A program made the position numbers and the translations under genes. A stretch of 64,000 bases of DNA from an uncultured Bacteroidales bacterium (GTDB lineage: Bacteria; Bacteroidota; Bacteroidia; Bacteroidales; UBA1402): positions 1,981,550 through 2,045,549 of the forward strand of contig OW818699.1 in assembly GCA_942493385.1 (NCBI GenBank), read 5' to 3'. Shown here in pieces: positions 56,902 to 64,000 of the stretch (the first letter of the stretch is position 1; each line of letters starts with the position of its first letter). The notes under the pieces are model-generated. The model searched no databases. It was not told the DNA's origin and saw nothing but the letters and a program-made list of their open reading frames with translations.

Positions 56902-58642
56902 AAAGACCTAGGGAGCTTAGAACTGCCTTGACCTTGATCTCCGAAGCAGCAACAGCCTTATCATATTCGGAACGCGAAGCCATTTCGCCCCGCACCTCAA
57001 TGTAGAACTTGATCTTGGGCTCCGTGCCCGAAGGCCGGATGGAAACCTTGCTGCCATCTTCCGAAAAATACTGCAATACGTTGGAAGTGGCTGGCATGTC
57101 AAGCTTGTAAGTCTTGCCAGAAATCGGTTCCAATGCAACCAGCTTTTCGAAATCCTTGATAAGAACCACCGGTGAACCAGCGATTTCCTTGGGAGGGTTG
57201 GCTCCGAAAGCTACCATCATCTGCTGAATTTCGTCCGCACCCGATTTGCCTTTTTTCACGACGGAAACGCCTTTCTCGCGTGAGAAACCGTATTCCACAT
57301 AAATGTCGAGCAGGAGTTGGTAGAGCGATTTGCCCTGATCCTTGGCCCAAGCGGCGATTTCAGCCATCAAAGCGCAAGAGGAAACGGCATCCTTGTCACG
57401 AACAAAGGTTTCGGGCAGGAAGCCATAGCTTTCCTCACCACCACCGATGTATTGCTTTTTGCCTTCCAATTCACGCATCACGGCGGCAATCCATTTGAAG
57501 CCAGTGAAACAGTCGTAACATTCCACCCCGTTTCTGTCGGCGATGGCTTTGATGAGTTCAGTCGTCACAATGGTTTTGACAACGTATTCGTTGCCTTTGA
57601 TCATACCCTTTTCTTTCCAGCGGGTTATCAAGTAATAGATAAAGATGAGCGCTGTCTGGTTGCCGTTCACCAAAATCCATTCGCCTGCGTCGTTCTTGAC
57701 GGCCATGCCCATGCGGTCCGCATCCGGGTCTGAAGCCATCACGATGTCGGCGTCGGTTTCCTTCGCTTTGTCAATGGCCATCAACAGGGCGGCCGGTTCT
57801 TCAGGATTCGGAGACACCACCGTTGGGAAGTCACCGCTCACCACATTTTGTTCAGGCACCGGTATCAGGTTGGTGAAACCGAAAGCGCGAAGGCAAGCAG
57901 GAATGATGGTTACACCGGTTCCGTGAATGGGCGTGTAGACAATTTTTAGGTCGTTGTGTCTGGCAATGGCTTCGGGAGAAAGCGAGATTTCCGTAATAGC
58001 CTGGATGAAGGCTTCGTCAATTTCCTTACCGATGATTTCAATAAGAGCCTTGTTGCCATTGAATTTGATGTCGGTGGGTTTCACCAGGTTCACTTCGTCA
58101 ATGATGTTGACGTCGTGAGGGTCAATGATTTGTGAGCCATCGTCCCAATAAGCCTTGTAACCGTTGTATTCCTTGGGGTTGTGCGAGGCCGTCAGGATGA
58201 TGCCGCTCTGGCAACCCAGGCGACGAATGGCAAACGACATTTCAGGAGTGGGACGAAGGTCTTCGAACAAATACACCTTGATGCCGTTGGCAGAAAAGAT
58301 GTCGGCTGAAATCTCGGCAAACTTACGGCTGTTGTTTCGGCAGTCATAACCAATGGCGGCCGAAATCTGTGGAAGGTCGGCGAAGCATTTGTTCAGGTAA
58401 TTGCTAAGCCCTTGTGTGGCAGCACCTACCGTGTAAATGTTCATCCGATTGGTGCCAGCACCCATGATGCCACGTAGTCCACCGGTACCGAATTCCAAGT
58501 CACGGTAGAAGCATTCGATCAGTTCGGTTTTGTCTTCGTTGTCCAACATTGCCTGAACAGCAGCACGGGTTTCAGCATCGAAAGAAGGGGCGAGCCATTC
58601 CTGCGCACGGGCAGTGACGGTCAATATGAGTTGTTCATCCAT
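56900..58642 (-). CDS. pgm: Phosphoglucomutase / phospho-sugar mutase
   Basis: LEFGTGGLRG, TASHNP (catalytic Ser), DPDADR (metal site), GEESYG, RPSGTEPKIK. Confidence 0.95.
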   Translation of the reverse strand: MDEQLILTVTARAQEWLAPSFDAETRAAVQAMLDNEDKTELIECFYRDLEFGTGGLRGIMGAGTNRMNIYTVGAATQGLSNYLNKCFADLPQISAAIGYDCRNNSRKFAEISADIFSANGIKVYLFEDLRPTPEMSFAIRRLGCQSGIILTASHNPKEYNGYKAYWDDGSQIIDPHDVNIIDEVNLVKPTDIKFNGNKALIEIIGKEIDEAFIQAITEISLSPEAIARHNDLKIVYTPIHGTGVTIIPACLRAFGFTNLIPVPEQNVVSGDFPTVVSPNPEEPAALLMAIDKAKETDADIVMASDPDADRMGMAVKNDAGEWILVNGNQTALIFIYYLITRWKEKGMIKGNEYVVKTIVTTELIKAIADRNGVECYDCFTGFKWIAAVMRELEGKKQYIGGGEESYGFLPETFVRDKDAVSSCALMAEIAAWAKDQGKSLYQLLLDIYVEYGFSREKGVSVVKKGKSGADEIQQMMVAFGANPPKEIAGSPVVLIKDFEKLVALEPISGKTYKLDMPATSNVLQYFSEDGSKVSIRPSGTEPKIKFYIEVRGEMASRSEYDKAVAASEIKVKAVLSSLGL

Positions 58643-58660
58643 CGTTAATAATTATTGGTA

Positions 58661-60316
58661 TTAATTTTGGTCGTAAATGGTTTTTGTTTCGCGGAATTTA
58701 TCACCTGTTTCCTTGATGATGTTCCGATAGTATTTTTCGTCGTATCCCGGGAAATTGGGGCTTTCCGGATGTCCATACACATTGCGTTGGAACGCATTGT
58801 TCTTTTCCTTTTTGACGTTTCCGTCCATGTATTTGACCATCAAGTATTCACCCAGTTTTTTCCAGCGTTCGGTGCTTTGTTGAGCCATGGTGTTGGAATA
58901 GTCGGTGATGACGGCCAACGCTCCAGCCGTATCTTTGGCATACAAGGCCGAAGCCTTCAAGTCAATCTGCAGCACTTCCCTGTTGAATTTGTTTTCCAAA
59001 CTGTCCTGAACAGGTCGGATGTCCTTGATCATGAAATCATACTTCGTGTAACCCTGATTGGATACCCAATTGTAGATCCAAAAGGCAGAAGTCCAGGAGA
59101 AATTGATCATGTCGCCGTTGCCGACGCGGAAACATTCGGGTACTTTGTTGCTGCCGCAGTAAATGGGCACATAGACGCTGGTATTGGTATCGTCCACTCC
59201 AAACCAAAGGATACCTCCGATTGGATTCGGCAGCCAGTCCCGCATCTGTGCAACAAAACTGAAGCCAGTCTGTTGAGTGGCAACGGCCCGTTCGTTGATG
59301 TAGGTGAGAGAATCGATGACCCATTCCATCGGGCGCCAGCGATAGGGCGAATGGAAGGGCCCTGAACCGATGTCCTTGGTCAAATCGAACGGTGTGCCTT
59401 CGAAGTGATCCCGCATCGCGTTCTTAAGCATTTGAGCGGAAATCTTGCGTTCCGGTTTGATGTACAGCGGAATGGGATTGTGTATCTTTCCCTGAAGATA
59501 GGGCAGGTAGTTGTCCATATTGCTCTTGAACTTCCGGAAAAAACTCCAAACACGGGCGTCACAAGCACGCAAGGCGCTAAAAGTCAGTGGTGCGTAGGTG
59601 TCGGCAAAACTGAAATCCTTGTTGGTGCCGTTGTAATACCCTTGCTGGCGGGCAAATGAAATCACGTCCGGTGAATAAATGCAATTTTCGGGATCGTCCA
59701 GTGGAAATTGACGAATCCGAGCCTGGTTGGCATGTGCAGAAATGCAATCGTCCGGAATGCGTACGGCTACCCATACAGCGCCTTTGTAGTCTGGGCCTTT
59801 TCCGATCATTTCAAATACCCAGGCTTCGTTCGGGTCTGCAACCGTAAACGATTCGCCCTCGCTGTAATACCCGTAGCGTTCCACCAATTCCGTCATCAGA
59901 CGAATGGCCCCGCGTGCGGTTTTGGAACGCTGCAGCGCAATATAGATGAGGCTTCCGTAATCAATTCTGGCAGTGGTGTCCACCAATTCCTCCCGTCCGC
60001 CAAACGTGGTTTCCCCGATGGTGACCTGATATTCGTTCATGTTGCCGTTTACCTGATAGGTGTGACGAGCTTGCGGAATACGTCCCAGTGGTTTACCGGT
60101 ATCCCATTCGTAGATTTCCAACATGCTGCCTTCTGGCCAGTCGGTGGCAGGCCAATGGTATAATTCGCCGTAAAGAATGTGAGAGTCTGCGGAGTAGGTG
60201 ACCAACACGGAACCATCGACAGACGCTTTACGTCCGACAATGAAATTGGTGCAGCCTTGTCCTGCCTGAATCAGACAAAAAGCAAAAAGTGCAGTTAGTA
60301 CGAAGTATTTTTTCAC
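58661..60316 (-). CDS. Peptidase C69 family dipeptidase (Ntn hydrolase)
   Basis: A GTG start at 60316 gives a signal peptide followed by the nucleophile C-T-N-F-I-V-G..ASVDGS; MNEYQVTIGETTFGG, SAHANQARI. Confidence 0.9.
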   Translation of the reverse strand: MKKYFVLTALFAFCLIQAGQGCTNFIVGRKASVDGSVLVTYSADSHILYGELYHWPATDWPEGSMLEIYEWDTGKPLGRIPQARHTYQVNGNMNEYQVTIGETTFGGREELVDTTARIDYGSLIYIALQRSKTARGAIRLMTELVERYGYYSEGESFTVADPNEAWVFEMIGKGPDYKGAVWVAVRIPDDCISAHANQARIRQFPLDDPENCIYSPDVISFARQQGYYNGTNKDFSFADTYAPLTFSALRACDARVWSFFRKFKSNMDNYLPYLQGKIHNPIPLYIKPERKISAQMLKNAMRDHFEGTPFDLTKDIGSGPFHSPYRWRPMEWVIDSLTYINERAVATQQTGFSFVAQMRDWLPNPIGGILWFGVDDTNTSVYVPIYCGSNKVPECFRVGNGDMINFSWTSAFWIYNWVSNQGYTKYDFMIKDIRPVQDSLENKFNREVLQIDLKASALYAKDTAGALAVITDYSNTMAQQSTERWKKLGEYLMVKYMDGNVKKEKNNAFQRNVYGHPESPNFPGYDEKYYRNIIKETGDKFRETKTIYDQN

Positions 60317-60351
60317 GTGTGAGCTAATTCGTTGATTTTCAATTGTAACAA

Positions 60352-62112
60352 TCACCAGGAAAACGATGATGAAAAATGGTTTTCATTTCCGCAAGCATCT
60401 TTAACTGACAATCTGAGTTCGTGTTCACGGTTGGGAACCACCCGATTCGAATCCAGAACATAGCTCAGCCAGCCGGATTTTCCATCCAATGCAAACAGTG
60501 CCCATTTTCCGTCAATGCTTCCACGCCAGGATTTTATCCCCGTGGCGTTGTCCGCAATTCGGATGCGAATTACGTCATTTTTTGCGATTCTTTCAAGATT
60601 TGGCACACTTATTTTAGGCAGAATGGTGTCCGACAGTACTTTGTATGTTCCGAAATCCTTGAGGTCGGCTTCCATCCATCCGTTAACGTAGTTGCTTGAT
60701 ACGTAGCTGGTCAGTCCGTTTTCAGCAACTTTGGCCAGGTAATAATGTCGTTTGTCTGCCAGTATGTCCTTATGTATGCGAAATCGAGCTTGAATGGTTT
60801 GCTGCAACGGAGTGTACGCGTTGTGTATTTTAAAAACGTCCGAGTAGCCTGTGTCCGGAAGTTGCTTGTATTGGAAATCCAGGGTCCGGTAAAGGGTTCC
60901 GGCTGGGATATCCAATCTAAAATCATTGTTGCTTATGTAGTTGGGTACCCAGAAAATTAGCTTTTTGCCCGTAAATACTTTTTGTGGAATCAACCGTTTC
61001 TGACCCTGCACCGAGAAGCTGAAGGTGGTCGAATTTCCGGCCCTGTCCATCAATTCATAGCGAAATGAGTATTTTTTTTGCTCGTTTATTTGGATGAATC
61101 CCCAGTCCTTCAGCGTCGGATAAACATTCAGCCGATTACCGGGATCCACAAAAGATTTCATGATCCAGGTGCGGTTGCGTTGAACGGTTTCATAATCAAT
61201 CAGCGAGTTCGCATAACGGGTCTGATCAAAGTTGAATCTGGAAAGGTCTTGCTGAAATATCAGTTCATTGTCCAGAAAAAGACGAATACTGCAGACTCCG
61301 TATGGATTGGCGTTTTCTTCCATGTAATCATACGCATTCAAGCCAAGTCCGATTTTTCCCCAAGCGGTAGGGAGTGCACCAGTTGTCCATTCGCCCTTTT
61401 TGTTTTTGAATACCGAAACGATTGATTTCGAATTGCCTGAACCGAGCGCTCCTTCGCCATCGATGGCATATAGGACCAGTTTGTAGGGTTTGGGCGGCAG
61501 ATTGTCCTTTACTCGATTGCAATACCAAAGCAAGGGATCCAGCGTTTCTTCCGTGCGGGTATCCCGTATTTCAAAATGCAGGTGCGGTGCTGCAGAAAGT
61601 CCTGAATTTCCACTGTAAGCAATCAGTTGGCCTTTGATGACGGGTATTCTTCTGACTGCCAGCAAGGTGTCAAGTTCAAAGCTTTCCCGCTTGTATTGCA
61701 TGTTTGAGGCGATGGAAGCGATGGGCTTCGCGTAGCCTTGCAGGTGTCCGTAAACCGTCGTAAACCCGTTGTCATGACCCAGATAGAGTGCATAGCCGAA
61801 ACCGAAACTGCTGATTCGGATGCGCGAGACCCAACCGTCCGCAGGTGCATAAATGGGTATGCCTACCCGCTTTTGTGTCTTGAAATCCACTCCTGAATGC
61901 AGGTGGTTTACCCTTAGCTCGGCAAATCCCCCGGCCAAGTCTGGTTTGATCCGCATGGGCAAATCAAAGGCGTCCGGCGCGAGGCGATTGGATTCCAGAT
62001 AGGATGTAGGGGTTTTCTGACGAACAAAAGATTGGGAGACCGAACTTTGTCCAATCAGTAAAAGTCCGGCCAGTAGGACGGTATGTACGAAACGTGGAGT
62101 AGGAGAAAACAT
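60352..62112 (-). CDS. M23 family metallopeptidase
   Basis: The ATG at 62112 gives a signal peptide; HLHSGVDF (HxxxD), YGHL, SGNSG..PHLHFEIR (HxH). Confidence 0.9.
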   Translation of the reverse strand: MFSPTPRFVHTVLLAGLLLIGQSSVSQSFVRQKTPTSYLESNRLAPDAFDLPMRIKPDLAGGFAELRVNHLHSGVDFKTQKRVGIPIYAPADGWVSRIRISSFGFGYALYLGHDNGFTTVYGHLQGYAKPIASIASNMQYKRESFELDTLLAVRRIPVIKGQLIAYSGNSGLSAAPHLHFEIRDTRTEETLDPLLWYCNRVKDNLPPKPYKLVLYAIDGEGALGSGNSKSIVSVFKNKKGEWTTGALPTAWGKIGLGLNAYDYMEENANPYGVCSIRLFLDNELIFQQDLSRFNFDQTRYANSLIDYETVQRNRTWIMKSFVDPGNRLNVYPTLKDWGFIQINEQKKYSFRYELMDRAGNSTTFSFSVQGQKRLIPQKVFTGKKLIFWVPNYISNNDFRLDIPAGTLYRTLDFQYKQLPDTGYSDVFKIHNAYTPLQQTIQARFRIHKDILADKRHYYLAKVAENGLTSYVSSNYVNGWMEADLKDFGTYKVLSDTILPKISVPNLERIAKNDVIRIRIADNATGIKSWRGSIDGKWALFALDGKSGWLSYVLDSNRVVPNREHELRLSVKDACGNENHFSSSFSW

Positions 62113-62177
62113 AATTAGCGTAAAAATGGAAGACGCCCGCGCATTCGGAAAAGGGCCTCTCCGGTACGCTGGTGTGT

Positions 62178-62528
62178 TCAGACTATTTTGTTGGTTTTGG
62201 AATCTGGAAAAACGATGGCGGGTTGGAAGGTTTTGGCTTCCTCGGCATCCATTTGGGCATATGCCATGATGATGACGATGTCGTCCGGTTGCACCAGTCT
62301 GGCTGCCGCGCCATTCAGGCAAATGGTGCCGGAACCTCGTTCGCCGCGTATGACATAGGTGTCGAAACGCTCACCATTGTTGTTGTTGACGATGTAAACG
62401 CGTTCATTCGAAATAATGTTCGCTGCATCCATCAAGTCTTCATCAATGGTGATGCTACCGATGTAATTCAGATTGGCTTCAGTCACCCGAACACGGTGGA
62501 TTTTGGATTTGACTACTTCTATCAGCAT
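62178..62528 (-). CDS. panD: Aspartate 1-decarboxylase
   Basis: [14 protein letters not shown] (Gly-Ser cleavage site), [16 protein letters not shown]. Confidence 0.97.
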   Translation of the reverse strand: MLIEVVKSKIHRVRVTEANLNYIGSITIDEDLMDAANIISNERVYIVNNNNGERFDTYVIRGERGSGTICLNGAAARLVQPDDIVIIMAYAQMDAEEAKTFQPAIVFPDSKTNKIV

Positions 62529-63385
62529 GATTTTTTATATACTCTTTTATATACAATGTTGTCAATCAGTCGTACAGGCCCGCAAAAAACAGCCACGCAA
62601 CCTACAATAAAACTGGAATTTTCCCAGTTTTCAACGGCTTGAAGCGTATCTCCGTCAACGATTTCGAAATATTCCAGTCGAAATACCGGGTCATTTGCAA
62701 GCCCCTGAGTCACAAAGGAAATCGTATCCGTAATGCTTTTTACAGAAACAAAGGTAGTGCTTTTAGTCAAAAGTTCGGCAATTAACGGGGCTTTTTCACG
62801 CTCGTCCGACGAAAGTCTCCGATTGCGGCTGCTCATGGCCAATCCATCCTTTTCGCGGACAATGGGGCAGGGCACGATTTCAATCGGATACTGCAAGTCT
62901 TTGGTCATTTTCCGGATGATGGCCAGCTGTTGGAAATCCTTTTCACCGAAATAGGCTCGATCGGGTTGCACGGCATCGAACAGTTTGCTGACAATTTGAG
63001 CTACGCCGTTAAAATGACCGGGGCGGAAACGACCTTCCATCACTGTCTCCAGGTCTCCAAAATCGAAAACTCGGGTGTCGGGCTCGGGATACATTTCTTC
63101 TGCAGAAGGCATGAATACGTACTTGCAACCGGCTCTGCGCAAGAGGTCGGCGTCATGTTCGGGTGTTCGGGGGTAGGTCAACAGGTCATTCTTGTCGTTG
63201 AACTGGGTGGGGTTTACAAAAACGCTCACCACGCAGACTGCGTTCTCCAGAACGCAACGTTCCACCAAACGGATATGACCTTCGTGCAAGGCTCCCATGG
63301 TGGGAACCAATCCGATGGGTTGACCGAGTGTCTTGTACTCGTCCAAGTGTGCTTTGAGTTCAGAAATGGTATGGATAATTTTCAT
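62522..63385 (-). CDS. panC: Pantoate--beta-alanine ligase
   Basis: [52 protein letters not shown]. Confidence 0.97.
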   Translation of the reverse strand: MKIIHTISELKAHLDEYKTLGQPIGLVPTMGALHEGHIRLVERCVLENAVCVVSVFVNPTQFNDKNDLLTYPRTPEHDADLLRRAGCKYVFMPSAEEMYPEPDTRVFDFGDLETVMEGRFRPGHFNGVAQIVSKLFDAVQPDRAYFGEKDFQQLAIIRKMTKDLQYPIEIVPCPIVREKDGLAMSSRNRRLSSDEREKAPLIAELLTKSTTFVSVKSITDTISFVTQGLANDPVFRLEYFEIVDGDTLQAVENWENSSFIVGCVAVFCGPVRLIDNIVYKRVYKKSC

Positions 63386-63494
63386 AAGATGCCTGCTTTA
63401 ATTGCGAATCATAAGGGGTTGCAAAAAAACTAAATAAATGTCAAACCACGAAACAATCGGCAAATTACTTGCAGATATTCGTTTTTTTTTTTAG

Positions 63495-63502
63495 TATCTT
63501 TG
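63495..63502 (+). promoter_or_regulatory. -7 element (TATCTTTG) for glycogen synthase, preceded by an 11-T tract
   Basis: Exact TAnnTTTG match 28 nt upstream of the ATG at 63531. Confidence 0.7.
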
Positions 63503-63530
63503 TACTCAATTTTCACGAGAATAGCCAATT

Positions 63531-64000
63531 ATGAAACCCACCAAGGTTCTCTTTATCAGTCAAGAAATTTTTCCTTATCTGCCAGAGTCAGAAATTGCCA
63601 CTATTTGTCGTGATCTTCCACAAGGTATTCAGGAAAAAGGCAAGGAAATCCGCACCTTCATGCCGCGTTACGGGAATATTAATGAGCGCAGGAATCAATT
63701 GCATGAGGTTATCAGGCTTTCGGGCATGAATATGATCATCGACGATAACGATTATCCGCTCATCATCAAGGTCGCTTCCATCCAATCCGCCCGCATGCAG
63801 ATCTATTTCATCGACAACGATGATTTTTTTCAACGCAAGAATACGATAGCCGACGACCATGGCGTTGAATTTGAAGACAACGACGATCGAAGTATCTTTT
63901 TTGTACGTGGCGTCATTGAAACAGTTCGGAAGCTGAGATGGGTTCCAGATGTGGTTCATTGCCACGGTTGGATTACCTCACTGGCGCCGCTCTATATAAA
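63531..64000 (+). CDS. glgA: Glycogen/starch synthase catalytic-domain protein (Bacteroidetes type), 3'-truncated by the window edge
   Basis: Missing from the ORF track; my translation reads MKPTKVLFISQEIFPYLPESE..FMPRYGNINERRNQLHEVIRLSG..YFIDNDDFF..PDVVHCHGW. Confidence 0.88.
   Translation, partial: MKPTKVLFISQEIFPYLPESEIATICRDLPQGIQEKGKEIRTFMPRYGNINERRNQLHEVIRLSGMNMIIDDNDYPLIIKVASIQSARMQIYFIDNDDFFQRKNTIADDHGVEFEDNDDRSIFFVRGVIETVRKLRWVPDVVHCHGWITSLAPLYI

Noticed and set aside
58655-59365. 236-aa plus-strand ORF
   Set aside because: Antisense to the C69 dipeptidase; no motifs.
62113-62322. 70-aa N-terminal extension of the M23 peptidase in the ORF track
   Set aside because: It overlaps panD in another frame; the signal peptide begins at the ATG at 62112.
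63588-63965. 125-aa minus-strand ORF at the right edge
   Set aside because: Antisense to the glycogen synthase gene, which the track omitted because it has no stop inside the window.
1-64000. tRNA, rRNA, riboswitch, prophage, integrase or transposase genes
   Set aside because: None recognised by eye; intergenic gaps are short and mostly explained by promoters and hairpins. An Infernal or tRNAscan run would be needed to exclude small RNAs.

Overview
Bacteroidota (most likely Bacteroidales) chromosomal window; the lineage is inferred from SusC/SusD pairs, sprA, the ruvA-sprA order and many TAnnTTTG promoters. About 1-25.4 kb is the right part of a pectin/rhamnogalacturonan-type polysaccharide utilisation locus: GH28 (runs off the left edge), an uncharacterised six-hairpin glycosidase, two paralogous secreted proteins built from a module I cannot name, three fasciclin lipoproteins interleaved with two SusC/SusD pairs, and GH105. 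A wecA-like gene and a fourth, orphan fasciclin lipoprotein follow on the other strand. The rest is mostly housekeeping: ruvA, sprA, cca, a DUF4301/CHASE4-kinase/methyltransferase operon, a RelA/SpoT homologue, a GH63-like gene, alkD, menA, a Crp/Fnr (HcpR-like) regulator with its ferredoxin-like target, an EEP hydrolase, an ATP-cone/Mrr-type nuclease, peroxiredoxin, an SGNH esterase, a GH136-like beta-helix protein, pgm, a C69 dipeptidase, an M23 peptidase, panD, panC and glycogen synthase (runs off the right edge). I saw no rRNA, tRNA, CRISPR array, integrase or transposase. The best novelty candidates are the tandem secreted proteins in the PUL, the ATP-cone-nuclease fusion, the HcpR-like switch with a probably leaderless target, and a 125-bp MITE/REP-like element. 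All family calls come from motif recognition by eye, not database searches.
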